From: Lama guanicoe
Taxonomy: Eukaryota
DNA: 64,000 nucleotides
NCBI GenBank assembly: GCA_013239625.1
Contig: MU054187.1
Span: 21,827,280 to 21,891,279, forward strand
Direction of reading: 5' to 3'
This document shows positions 1 through 12,593 of the stretch, piece after piece. Positions within the stretch are counted from its first letter, which is position 1; each line of letters starts with the position of its first letter. The position numbers and the translations under genes were made by a program. The notes beneath the pieces are model-generated. The model did no database searches, had not been told where the DNA came from, and saw only the letters and a program-made list of their open reading frames with translations.

Positions 1-440
1 TTTAGAACTTTTAGGGACTCTCCTGTAGAGGAACCGAACAAACCTGCCATTTTAAATATCAGTTAAACTTTCTTTATGGGACAAAAATTCTCTTAATTTT
101 TTTTCCTGATAAAATGTTAAATCAATAAACTGACTCTATGATGTAGGAAGAAAGGCAATGTGGAAGAGCTGAAAAATAAAAATTCATTCCATCTTTAATA
201 CCTTTCCATTTTGTCTCTGCCTGAAACTTATTTCTCTCTTCAAGAGGGAAAAGCCAAAAAACCCCAATAAAACTCCACAGTCTACTAGGGAACTATGTCA
301 CGTGTGGTCAATCATTAGTAAAGAACTTTCCAGAAAAAGAGAAAAGACTCAAACATTTTTTTGCCTTATTTCATCCTATTTTGAGGTCTGATTGGTAAAA
401 AAATAATTTTAGTAGAGCTCTGTAACTCTCTGTAACTCAC

Positions 441-536
441 CTTCATCAAAACACCAATAATTGCCAAACCATCAGCCTGTGAGGCAGCTTCAGCAAAGCT
501 GGAGTACTTAGCAGAGTTCCAGTGAACTATATGAAA
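441..536 (-). CDS. CA1: Carbonic anhydrase 1, fourth coding exon (96 nt); gene continues beyond the window start
   Basis: Encodes [32 protein letters not shown] with zinc ligand His119. Acceptor gtttccag, donor GTGAGT, phase 0/0. 37+198+119+96 = 450 nt, open throughout. Confidence 0.97.
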
Positions 537-845
537 CTGGAAACGATAATGTGGTTAAGCAGTTATTTATAACCATTGTGAAGGTAAAAATTAAGTCATA
601 CATTAATTTGTTAATATATGAAGATGTACTTTGGGTTAGAAAGATAAAACTATGTGAACTTTTACCTTGGGCGTGAGAAGGGCTATGTTTTCATTCTTAA
701 GAAGGGTTAACTGTGTGTTGAGTAGAGTGGGTAAGTGGCAGATTTTGGAACCACTAAGAAATTTCTTTTCGCAGAATATCTTAACTGTTCAGTATTACTT
801 CTTTTTTAAAAACAAATCTCTCTTTGGTGTGAGATCAGGAATTCT

Positions 846-1013
846 TTTTTTTATTATTATTTTTTATTGAAGTATAGCCAGTTACAACATGTCAATTTCT
901 GGCGTACAGCATAAGTTTCAGTCATACATATACATACATATATTTATTTTCATGTTCTTTTTCATTAAAGGTATTGAATATAGTTCCCTGTTGCTCTACA
1001 GAAGAAAACTAGG
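846..1013 (-). mobile_element. Short L1 3'-end insertion in CA1 intron
   Basis: T-rich tail plus L1 3'UTR motif (ttgaagtatagccagttacaacatgtcaatttctgg), flanked by the duplication TCAGGAATTCT at 835-845 and 1014-1024. Confidence 0.8.
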
Positions 1014-2571
1014 TCAGGAATTCTGACTAACCAGTTTTGAGACAAAAATTGAAATAACTTTCTCTCACTTGAGATACTTCTTATTAACTTAATGAAAAGG
1101 GGGTCCTGAAGTATCTGGGAATCATGACCGAAAAATTCTCTTTTGCTGGCAAGGGGAAGTAATCAGCTTTTTAAATTTTATTTATTTATTTAAAGGCAGT
1201 ACTGGGGATTGAACCTTCCCCATAGTTCTCTCATGGGAGGATTTTGACTTGAATTAGGGCTAAACTCAGATGCCATTCTTGAAAGAATCCTTTTCTGACC
1301 ATCCAATGGAAAGTGATCATCTGGTCACTCATATCCTTCTAAATCAAATCAATTCTCTCCATGCCACGAATCTCTCTCATTCTCCCCACCTCTCCCTCCC
1401 TCCTGCTCTTCCTTCCTTTCTCCCTCCCACCCTCTGTCATGTGTTGAACTTTGTGGCTAAGTGCCTGTCATTTCAAGCCTGGATTAATTTTATTTTTCTC
1501 AAATTAGAGGAGAGAATCACCAATTTAGTTTTCTTAGATACAACCAAATCCTCCCCCAAAGATCTACTAATACTAATTTAGGCTTTCAGTCCAGTTGACT
1601 TTAGTCTGCCTACAATTTTATGAAGGAGAAATAGGAAAAGGCATTTAATGGATTTCTGAACATTGAAAGGTATTAGTCTAGCTTTACAATGTAACATAAA
1701 GTAAGTTATATTTGTATACTATTCCTGTGTCCTCTATTAAAATGAAAAGTGCACCTACCCTGTATTTAACAATCCCTCTAATGAAAATCTGCCCTACATA
1801 ATTGCTTTCACTAGTGCATAAGATGTATGGACAGATGCATTTATTGCAAAATTTTTTTGGTAAAAGCAAAAGAAAAAAACTCCAACAGAACAAAAAGCAA
1901 AAGGCATTGTAATTGTCCATATGTAGGGGTCAGTTAATAAATTCTGATATATGCATACACTGAAATACTGTACAGATATTAGAAAAAGAGGTGGAATTAC
2001 ACCGAGTTGGAAAAATGATCTTGATAAATTGGTAAGTGGGAAAAAAAAGCATGTTTCAAAACTATATATATTACAAATTCATTTTATAAAAGTAAAATAA
2101 AAAAGCCAACCTATCTATGCTGTTACAAATGTAGTACATATTCCTATATATAAAGAGCAGAAGTTCTTCTTTTCAACCAGACCCTCTGTTAACAACCTGA
2201 TGCAAATGTTCTTGATTTTTCCACGGATACACAGACAAAATGCCTTGAACTAGATCACGAACTTCCATGTGGGCAAGAGGCCAGAGGGTAGCCCGATGTC
2301 ACAGTAACAGTTTTTGAGGCATTCTAAAATGAGAGGATTCTGGGGCTCAGGAGTTCAGCTCCAAGTTCAGCTGCCTCTTTCACACCAAAAATTCTCCTCT
2401 ATTGCCAAACATGGTGTGTCTGCCTTTGATTTTAATGGAGCCTGGGAGTCCCTTACGTGGACTAGAATGCTCATTCCTTTGGAGCCACTATAAGGGTGTC
2501 TTATGTTGTAAGGCAGCTGCTTCTGGGAATACTCCCAGTGTAGTTATCTCTCACTCACTGAGTTACATTAC

Positions 2572-2690
2572 CTCTGCAGAATATTTGACTCCATCCACTA
2601 AGTGCTCAGAACCATAGTCATCTGTGATGCCCCAGTGAAAATGGAACTGACGAAGCCTATAGCTTCCAGAGAGAGGACCACCTTTCAGAA
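2572..2690 (-). CDS. CA1: Carbonic anhydrase 1, third coding exon (119 nt)
   Basis: Encodes (V)[39 protein letters not shown], with zinc ligands His94/His96 (QFHFHW) and the GSEH motif. Acceptor tttcttttag, donor GTAATG. Confidence 0.97.
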
Positions 2691-3580
2691 CTAAAAGAAA
2701 AAGGAAACAATGTTAGTATGTTAGTGCTACAATCATAAATTCCAGTCTACCTTCTCATGTAATATAAATTAACATTAAATTGGGTTGAGGAGAAATGAAA
2801 ACAAACACTAGCACCAGAATTTCCATCTTGGTTTTTTTTTTCCCGCACATCCACATTGATGACATTCATATGTATTGTGCACCCTAAGATAGTGCATGAG
2901 TTATATACAATTCTCAGTGCATGAACTGTAGTTTTACCTTTTCCTGCCTTCAGTAGAACATACTGGGAGATGAGTGAATTATATGATTACAGGGTTTTCC
3001 TTGAATCTGCTTTAATCTGCAAGTCCATTCATTTATTCTTTCAACAAAGACAGTAATGGGAAGTATGCATCAAGATCTTCAGTGATTTAGTTTTTGGTAA
3101 CAAATTACTCATCACATACCTTGTAACTGATCAAGACACTAGAGGGTATCTTGACAGCTTTGTAGAGAACCCCTAGCCAGGGACTAAAAGAAAGTGTCAG
3201 TGGGGCAGTAGGATCACTTAAAAAATTTTAACAATGAACCATGTTTCTTTAGAGAGTCTACTCAATCATACGATTAATAAAACACATAATATCAGATCTA
3301 ATCCAATATTAACAATGGACATAGCCCCAGGGTGTCTAAAATTTAGGCTCAGAACCTTGTAGGAAAGTGCTAAAGCAAGTTTTGCCTTTTGTCAGTAGAG
3401 TTGTTTTGTGAAATTGTCAGTTAATAAATTATTCAGTAAACATTTTTGAAAGTCTTACTGTGTAGCAGGAAATGTACTAGACTCTGGGGTATGAAGATAA
3501 TTCAGTCATTACGGTCTAGCAGGGAGAGGGGAAGATAGGCAAGTATACTTATGCACAAAGTTGTTCCATGCGAGGTGCAT

Positions 3581-3708
3581 GGGGGAGGGTATAGCTCAGG
3601 GTTAGCGTGAATGCTTAGCATGCATGAGGTTCTGAGTTCAATCTCCAGTACCTTCATTAAAAAGTAAATAAATAAACCTAATTACCAGTCCCCTCTCCCC
3701 CCAAAAAA
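3581..3708 (+). mobile_element. Camelid tRNA-derived SINE (Vic-type)
   Basis: GGGGAGGGTATAGCTCAG...GTTCAATCTCCAGTACC head with A/B boxes and AAATAAATAAACCTAATTACC tail, shared with other copies in the window. Confidence 0.85.
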
Positions 3709-4182
3709 GATGCATGCAAGGCCATTTTCTTACTGGTACCCAGGCACTTCTCAGTTATAGAGCCATTTTTTCTGGTCACAAAAGATAAATATATTCTTCA
3801 CCTCTGTTTTTCTTCCCTACTGTGCTCCTCCATCCTTATCTCAATTAGAAAATATTTGCATTTTCAGTTTTTATATTCATGATGGTTCACAGACCTTTTT
3901 GGAAAAAAATACTGTTCATTCAGAGGATGTGAAGTGAGCATGAAGACATTGGAAATTGGAAGAGTTGGGACACTGTCACTGAGAAGAAGAAGGACTGAGT
4001 TGGGAGCCCCCCAAATCATCTTTACCATTTAGAAATTTTCTGAAAGTTCAAGATGCCTCACCAGATTACAGCGATGTTATACATGTGCACAAGACTGAGG
4101 ATTGGCATTGTGTTTCTTAAAGACCTGTTGTTTATTTTCCCCAGGAAAGTCAAAGAAAAAATCAGAAGAGTCTTTGGCTCAC

Positions 4183-4380
4183 CTGATCTGTTATCATTGT
4201 CCTCAAAGTTTACATGGAAGGAATGTCCCACGTTGACGATTTCCTTGGCTGTGGCTGGATTGTAGGAGACACTGATAGGTTTGAGTGAGGTGTCATGTTT
4301 GGTTTCACTGGTTTTAATGTTGATAGGAGATTGGTTATTACCATTTGCAATGGGGTACAACTTGCCCCACTGTTCAGGAC
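4183..4380 (-). CDS. CA1: Carbonic anhydrase 1, second coding exon (198 nt)
   Basis: Encodes (G)[65 protein letters not shown](V), with His64 and the CA1-type His67 (GHSFH). Acceptor ccttgtag, donor GTGAGC, phase 1/1 fits neighbours; embedded in ORF 4058..4396. Confidence 0.97.
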
Positions 4381-4538
4381 CTACAAGGACAAACATATGC
4401 TTACAGTCAAAACCTGATCAAATGCTCAATTCCAAGTTTTAGGAGTATAACTTTGTTTATTAGATTAGGATTTATTCAGGTATCTTAAATGATATTCTGT
4501 TTAACTTAACAGAAATTTAATGTTTCAGAATGTCCCTT

Positions 4539-5193
4539 TTCCATTTATTTATTTTCTAATTGAAGTTTAGTTAATTTACAATGTTGTGTTAGTGTCTGGT
4601 GTACAGCATACTGATTCAGTTTTACTTATATATATTCTTTTTCATTATAGGTTATTACAGGTCCATCCATGTTGCTGCAAATGGCATTATTTTATTATTT
4701 TTTATGGCTGAGTAGTATTCCATTGTATACCACAACTTCTTTGTCAATGGACATTTTGGATTGGGTTATTTGTTTTTTTGTTATGGATTTGTATGAACTG
4801 TTTATATATTCTGGAAATTAAGCCCTTGTCAGTTGCATCATTTGCACATATTTTCTCCCAGTCTGTAGGTTGTCTTTTCATTTTGTTGATGGTTTCCTTT
4901 GCTGTGAAAAAGCTTATAAGTTTGATTTGGTCCCATTTGCTTATTTTTGCTTTTATTCCTATTGCCTTCAGAGAATGACCTAGGATAACATTGCTATGAT
5001 TAATGTCAGAGGATGTTTTGCCTATGCTTTCTTCTAGGAGATTTGTGCTGTCCTGTCTTACGTTTAAGTCTTTAGGTCATTCTGAGTTTATTTTTGTGTA
5101 TGGTGTGAGGCAGTGCTCTAACTTCATTTATTTACATGCGGCTGTCCGCTTGCCAACACCACTTGCCAAATAGACTGTCTTTTCTCTATTGTA
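4539..5193 (-). mobile_element. L1 3' fragment with internal deletions
   Basis: L1 ORF2-end/3'UTR sequence on the minus strand; near-perfect TSD AGAATGTCCCTT (4527-4538) / AGAATGCCCCTT (5194-5205). Confidence 0.85.
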
Positions 5194-5522
5194 AGAATGC
5201 CCCTTATCTATGCTATACTGTAAAATAGTCTATTTGCCAACACAAGTAAAGTATCAATAGTCTATGGGATCAGATTATCCATATTTTACTGTTAGCAATA
5301 GATTTCTAATATAAACGTATGGAGAGAGGGAGAGACTGAAAGAGAGAGAGAGAGAAAACATTTTGTAGACAACCATGACTCAAAGGACAACTGCTAAGAA
5401 TACATGCAAAGCTTTTATAATTCAAAGTCAGTCAATTCAAACCATTAATCTATGACTGCACAGTTATTTTAAGTGCTCAACACCTCTTTAATTGGAAAAG
5501 AGACATGAACAGAAGAACTTAC

Positions 5523-5559
5523 CATTGTCGCCATCATATCCCCAGTCAGGACTTGACAT
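5523..5559 (-). CDS. CA1: Carbonic anhydrase 1, first coding exon (coding part; whole exon 5523-5584 including 25 nt of 5'UTR)
   Basis: Minus strand reads ATG TCA AGT CCT GAC TGG GGA TAT GAT GGC GAC AAT G = MSSPDWGYDGDNG, the CA1 N-terminus. GTAAGT donor at 5522-5517; acceptor ctgttttcag ends at 5585, followed by the UTR AAAAAAGAAAACTGAGCAGAAGATC. Confidence 0.96.
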
Positions 5560-5584
5560 GATCTTCTGCTCAGTTTTCTTTTTT

Positions 5585-5765
5585 CTGAAAACAGAGATAA
5601 CACCTGACTGCAGTTGAACCCACAGTAGACAACGGAAAACCATCCCTTGGGGCTTTTTTTATGGAAATGTCCCTGCCCTTAATAGGCCTATTTCATCATC
5701 TCTACCTATCAGGAAATACATACATATAAAACAAATGATGTTGTAAAAAAAGCCCACAAGGGTGA
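5585..5765 (-). promoter_or_regulatory. CA1: Proximal (colon/intestinal-type) CA1 promoter
   Basis: TATA-like CATAAAAAAAG at 5663-5653 and a Cdx-type TTTTACAA at 5748-5741 on the minus strand, immediately upstream of the ATG exon. CA1 is known to have a Cdx2-dependent colon promoter at this position in human and mouse. Confidence 0.65.
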
Positions 5766-8700
5766 GGCCAATTCCAATTGTTTTATTTTCTCATACTGTA
5801 AAAGAGAAGTATCAAAATCCTAGGTTTTATAAAACCAAGCCCTGTTTGTCTTATATTCCTAGCAGATGTGACTGAATATTATCATATAAGATTCTTTGGA
5901 TTTCCTAATTAAAAATTGAGATTTCTAATTTTACCCTTGCTGGATATTTAAGTGATACTGGCAATATAATTTAGTAAGAAGAATAATTTGCATGTTTACA
6001 GGCTGATTGGCACTGGTATCATGATGCTAATTTAAAATCAGATAACAGAATCATTAATCATTTGTAATATGTATTATTCGTAACAGTACATTTCAAAGAC
6101 ACACAAGATGAGAATAAAGTCATTCATCTTAGAGCAATATTGGAATTCATAAATGGAGAAGATTTTATTAATATTGAAATTAAATATGGCCCAATGTAGC
6201 TTTTACCCATCAAATGCAGGCCTCTTGGAATAGAAGTCTTTCTTTTGTATAGTTCTGTACAATTTATGAAGTAATGTAATATTATTTTATTTTACCACCA
6301 CCACATGCACACAAATTCTGTACAGTGAGAATTATTGTTTTGTAGTTAAGAGATGTTGAGGGGCTTCACAATTAGCAAGAAGCCAAGAAGCCAAAACTTC
6401 AGCCTCCAAGTCTAGCTGTTTTCTTCACCACATCTCTGCTGAATGCCACACTGGGTGAGCTATGAGGTGGGTGACCCCTCAGTTTTCCTTCTCTGCCCAC
6501 AATTCTCTTAAGCCCAACTGAAGCCTGGACCAAGGTGAGACTTGCCACCTGCTGAGTGATGAGAAGATCCACAGGACTTTTCAAGGAAGTGAAGGAAACT
6601 GATTAGCATGTGTCAGATTGGCTAGGTCCACATTTCCAAGGCTCTAAATATGCTCAGAGGAAATCCAATCTGAAAAATTAAGCGTCCATGCCCTGAGAGT
6701 CATACCTCCTTTCCCCCGGGACTGTCTGAACTGCCTGGGCTTTCCAAAAGAAGAGGATCGGACACAATTTTTAGCCAGGCTGACTAGAGGCACATCGTTT
6801 GTCCCTTTTGGCTAACAATAGCCAGCTGGCTCAGATGCAGAGTGGGAAGTGACCCAAGCTTCCATCCACGCTTTAGTTGGCAGAAGGAACTAAACAAGAA
6901 CTTTTTTTTAAAGGTACCCTATATCGAGCGTCCAATGTGTCTCAGATGTTATGCTAACAAGTTCATATGCATTAATTCATTTAATTCTTACAATAACCAA
7001 ATTAAACATTAAAATTTGTATTCTGTGTAAGAAGAAATTGAAGACAACTGCTCAGGGTTATATAAAGCTTATAAGCGGCTGCTTACATCTTGTAAGCTTA
7101 GGGTTTAAGCCTAGATCTGCCTAACCCCAAAGCTTACACTCTTTCTTAACCTTCAACTGTCAACAAATGCTCATTGACCTCCACTTGATGCGGAGAATTG
7201 GATTGGTTGATCTGGTCTGATCTGGCTCAAGATGACCAATCGTCAGACCTGATCCTTGGGATACTTCATTCCAGACTTAGAGACTCAGGTTGCCCAGAAG
7301 CCCATGCCGTGAAAAAAGCTGTCTATTCTTTGCCAGATAAGTTGCTTCCTAATTGACACCCTGTTAACAGAAACTTTAAATTGAACTACTGTATTTAACA
7401 ATCTATTTGAAAGAAAAAGACAACTCCCTTTTCATTGCATGATTACACGATAATTCATCACATGAAGGTTTTAACTTTATATGGGATGGTAATTTATTTA
7501 AAGTTTTAGGCACAAAATTACCTTGAATCCGAACTATTATGACCCTCTGTTCCACTATGTACCCAGGGTGTGTTCGTGTACTCCCACGAGCAGAAAACTA
7601 TATAGAGAAAGGGTGTAAAATTTAATGAGCGCTTACAGTTTCATAAGTCCTAACACTCCTCTCATTTACCTTTAGCCATTTTTTTTCTGCTCACAAACTT
7701 GGCCTCTTTCAACTTAATATCTATGCTAAATCCAAGATGTCTCATTTTGTGTTCACTTCCCTTTCACATGGAGCCTCCATGTAGTGACCTCTTCTTATAA
7801 TCTCTGGGCTTTTGCATACCAAGGAGACCAGTTTACACAATCTTTACTCTCTTAATCTAACAGTTTATTCCCTAAAACTGTATCTAAGCACATACTGACA
7901 AAGACATTCCCTCCGCTGTTAGAATGTTCCAAATAAATCTATATGTACTTGAAACTGAATCAGGAGCAGCTAGGCTGATGGAAAAACTTCTTTTAAAAAA
8001 AGCCATGCAAAAGTACATAAGTAATTTTGATAAAGAATTGGTTAATTGGTAGCACAGAGAGGTATCAAGTAGTATCAATTATATGTCAATAAAACAGAAA
8101 AAAACAGAAACAAAAAATGTAGGACTTTAAATAGAGATTTTTAAATGTTGAAAGAATAATGTGCAGAGTGTTTAATTTTAATAATTACATTGGTTTAATT
8201 TGTAAATTTGATGAAAATGTATTAATGGACTGGGGGGAGGGAGAAAGATACCTTCTATTATTTTATGCAATGGAATTTTAGAGGTCAAATATTACTGAAA
8301 AAATTTGAAAGATAAAATATTGATATTATCTTAAGGGGATCCACCCTAAACCTTATGTCATAATTTTATCTCTTGACCTTCCTTTTCAATAAATAAAATT
8401 CTTGCAACAAACAAACAAACAACAGTATGAAGAGTGCTAAAAGATTTACTATTATTATTAACAAGACTATCACTGTGTCCTCATGCTAGGGGTGTTGGTG
8501 TAGGCTAGAAAAGACTGTCATTCATTGAATAATTACCATCTGTTGGGCCTTTGGAAATAATGATCTAATTCAATTCTCAGGGTAGACGTAGGGGTTCGGT
8601 TAGTCTTACCCCACTATTAAAAGGAATAACTGAGGCTCAGAAAATTCAAGGAGAAAAACCAGGATCTGAATCCTCTTCTGGTTACTTTCAAACCCATGAG

Positions 8701-10677
8701 GGCATCTTCTTCTCTATTCTATCACACCACAGTTTTTAAAACATTTGCTTTAAAGTTAGTTAATAGCTTATTACATTTATTTATTGAGTACTGTCAATTA
8801 ACTTTACTGAAGATTTTTTCATGCCCTAAAATGCTTTCCAAAAAAGCAGAGACATTTTCTCAGTGTTTTACAAAATTTAAAAATTATGTTTAGCCAATTT
8901 TAAATTCTATTTAAAAGGCTTAGCATTTCTTATTTGATTTTTTTCTCCTAGTCTCTTAAATGAACATTTTCCTCTGATTTCTACTTTAATAATTTAAAAT
9001 TGAAAACATGAACTCTTACAAAGGCATGTAAATTCTGATGAGTTTCAAATTTACATTTATAATATTAAAAAATAGCTAATTGGTATAGTAGGAACAAAGA
9101 CTGTGAAAGAGTGCTGGTGTCTAGTTAGAGCAGAGATCTGCGAAACGCCCCTGAGAAGAAATTCCAACAGGCACTAGCAGTTATATAATGCTTCGACTTC
9201 CTCAAGGATAACTGGCTTCTCTGGGATATTTTCCCTAAAATAAGGAAATGCACGTAGTGAAAATCAAGTGTCATGTTTAACAATTAAATTTGGCATAACT
9301 CTCACATTGCTCCCTAACTTCTCTGCCTCTCCAGAATTGGTATTGCTTAAGGTGGCTGGATAAGTCTTATTTCCAGTGGAGCAATGGATCATGGAAAATG
9401 TTAATATTACCCTGGACATTCCTACAGTAAGACAATTGGAAATTCTGATGAATCAGTTTAAGTAGCATGATGATTTGTCTGGATTTCCTCCAAATTGGTC
9501 TTTCTCTTCACTTACAACAAGATGGCTGACCAACGTTACCCTTTCTTGACGATGTCTTCGTCTCCATCCATCCCAAGCTTGTTCCCATTTTAGAACCTTT
9601 GCACTTTCTGTCTCCTCTGTCCAGATTGCTCTGTATCCAGATCTTCGCACAGGCTCAAGTATCACCTTGGAGACAACCTTCCTGACCTCCAAATTTAACA
9701 TATCCTCCTCTTCTCAGTCACTCTATTAATTCATTCTGTCTTATTTCTTTCGTAGCATTTTTTTTGTTGCATCCTGAATTTATTCTTTTTCACAGTCAGA
9801 AATTCACTTAATTGCTTAATATCAATAACCATCTCTATAATGACACTTCCAAAATGATGAATCATTTTATTACTTTTTTTAATCATTTTGTTCACTTCAG
9901 TCACAACATGCATGGAAAACAGCGGTGTTCAATAAATATTTTAGTGAGAACAATTAAGTGGTCATTCTTAACTTCAATGATTGTATTTTGGTAAAGACTC
10001 AGGAGAGCAGAACCCTCATCGGGGGCTGCACCCACCCAATCTCATGGGTCTGAACTCAGGGGTGTGTGAATGAGCTTTGCTGGAGCTGAACTCATGTTCG
10101 TATTTGGAACTAAGGAGAAGGAGCCTTTCCCCTCTCAGTTCTATTAATGGGTGGAATGAAGTGGCCCGTCTGTGTCTGTCAGTCACTGCTGGGAGAGTGA
10201 GAATGCTGGTCTTTATTAAGTGTCAAATTTCTCGACACTTTGTGTCAAAATTTAACTCTTGAAATGTGCTTTGAACTTTTGACATACAAATTTCAAAAAC
10301 CCGTAACTTATATGGATTTTATTACTGTCATGAAAGAAAAACTTTCAACCTTCTATTTCCTGCTTTGGAATATTTTACTTTTATTTTTGAAGGCAATTTA
10401 AAAATTCACTAATGAGTATTTTGATTAACTAAGTAAGTTTGCATAGTAACTATTTTAATCCACAGCAAAGAGGCATTTAGTGTCTTACAATTTCATGCTT
10501 CCGAAAACATTAAATTTTAAACATATCTAGCTGATTGTCATACGTATTGAAATTGCTGGTTGGAAAGATTTATGTACTTTACACACTGAAAGCATAGGCT
10601 TGTGCAATTTTAAGCTAATTGTTAGAAATCTTTTCTAGGGATAAGTGGGTAACTTGAGCAGGTTAACTGTACCAATC

Positions 10678-10713
10678 TCTAATTAATTAATTAATTAATT
10701 AATTAATTAATTA
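10678..10713. repeat. (TAAT)n microsatellite
   Basis: About nine TAAT/TTAA units; the array is self-complementary. Confidence 0.95.
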
Positions 10714-11883
10714 TGAAACTGACAAAATAACATTTAAAGCTTATGTCCTGTGACTGGGGAATTGATGAGTCATTCTATAACAGATGACATTATTAAGGAA
10801 TATTTTTCATATAGAAAGAAAATACTATGCAGAATGCTTTATGAGCCATATAAAAACTGCACGAATGTAAATGATTAACTTCAGCCTCAAAAAAAAAAAG
10901 CTTGATTTTTAACTCTCAGGTAAACAGATAATATAAAGGCATGAAATAAAGTAAAATAGTTTAAGATTTCATGTGGCCTGAAATTCAAACAATTGTGTAA
11001 CAGAAATCTGCTTGCTGCAGATGAAACGGCATCCCATATGTAAACAGGAAAGGAGATAAGTCTCGAATGTAAATATTAAGGGGGTGAAGGTCAGTCCCAT
11101 CAGTCACCTTGCCGTAACATGCTTCATGCAACCTTCTCTGGGGTCCATCTACCGAAAAGTGACCTGAAGATTTAAAAGCAATTTCTGCTGACTCCCCGAG
11201 TAATTTTGTTAACTCTCCAACTCATTTATCAAAGATTAGATTTCTCAAGCACATTTGCAGCTGAATGTGTCCTCTCTTACACCAGTGTTTCTTAACATGT
11301 AGTCTGTAGCTCACCTGCCTCAGATTCATATATACGTGAATTAAATGCACGTGCTACATACTTCAATTTAAAAAAAAAGATCCATCCTAGAAAAAAGTGC
11401 ATATGCGTATGTTTCATCCAATTCCTTACTTTGGTGAGTTGACCTGAGCCAATTTAGATTGCTAACAACTATCAAGATCTTTTAGTAAATATTATTAGCT
11501 TTTTAAAGATGTATCTGGGGGCTATACGAATCTACCTCTACAATCCAATTACCAAAAGATAACGTTTCAATGAAAGCAAGTCTTTGATCAAACCCCCTCC
11601 GTTGTATATTCATTAGCAGCAAATTGGCACAAAATAGTCCTGTGACTTGCCTGTGGTTTTAGAAAGACTGTCTGTAAGTGAGGCTCCTTAACTAGCACCC
11701 TGAATGAAGGACTCATTCGGGACAGGCTTTGATGACATCAGGACTGGTGATCTTTTCTGTTGGTTCAGGCAGCTGGGTCCACTGGGGCTCAATGGCGCCT
11801 AGACTTACACACTACATCAATGGCATTCAAGTGTTAGACTTGTCCACTCATGTATCTTGTTCAAGCAAGAACTGTGGGTCCAG

Positions 11884-12197
11884 CTCATAGACATAGAATA
11901 CAAACTTGTGGTTGCCAGGGGGGAGGTGGGTGGGAAGGGACAGACTGGGAGTTTGAAATTTGTAGATACTGTGACAGGTATATATAGAATAGATAAACAA
12001 GATTATACTGGGAAATATATACAAGATCTTGTGGTAGCTCATGGTGGAAAAGAATGTGACAGTGAATATATGCGTGTTCATGTATAACTGAAAAATTGTG
12101 CTCTGCACTGGAAATGGACGCAACATTGTAAACTGACTATAACTTAATAAAATGAATTTTAAAAAATGAAAGAATTAGCAGCAGTTAAAAAAAAAAA
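11884..12197 (+). mobile_element. L1 3'UTR fragment with poly(A)
   Basis: Similar to the 3' end of the L1 at 55430-55680; A tail; imperfect TSD AACTGTGGGTCCAG (11870-11883) / AACTACGGGTCCAG (12198-12211). Confidence 0.8.
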
Positions 12198-12511
12198 AAC
12201 TACGGGTCCAGAAAAATTTCCTAGTCAGTTACTACTCTTGATACCTCTAATTTCATGAGCAGAATATTATGTCTATCATCCTTTATAGTAAATAACAAGC
12301 CTTTCAGCGTTGAGTTAGCTGTAAGTATGGTAAGCAGTCACCTTTGAAGCTGCTAGGTCCCTATTAGGATGCTATTAAGCATTCCTATTAAGAATTAGAT
12401 AAACAATCACATTATTTATACCAAAGAAACATCTACTGAATCAAAGTCTCTGCATAGGAGGCCTTAGAATGTGTGGCTTTAACAAACATTGCCAGGTTAC
12501 ATTTAAAAAAA

Positions 12512-12593
12512 ATTTTTTTTTTAACTGGGGATTGAACCCAAGACCTCATGCATGCTAAGCATGTGCTCTGCCACTGAGCTATACTCCTTCCCT
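12512..12593 (-). mobile_element. Camelid tRNA-derived SINE, short form
   Basis: Reverse complement of the SINE head: ctggggattgaacccaagacctcatgcatgctaagcatgtgctctgccactgagctatac. Confidence 0.85.

Noticed and set aside
417..440. 10-bp tandem duplication beside the exon donor (CTGTAACTCT/CTGTAACTCA)
   Set aside because: The second copy lacks the GT, so it creates no competing donor; trivial slippage.
4058..4396. 112-aa ORF as a stand-alone gene
   Set aside because: Only 4183-4380 is CA1 exon; the flanks are intron read-through.
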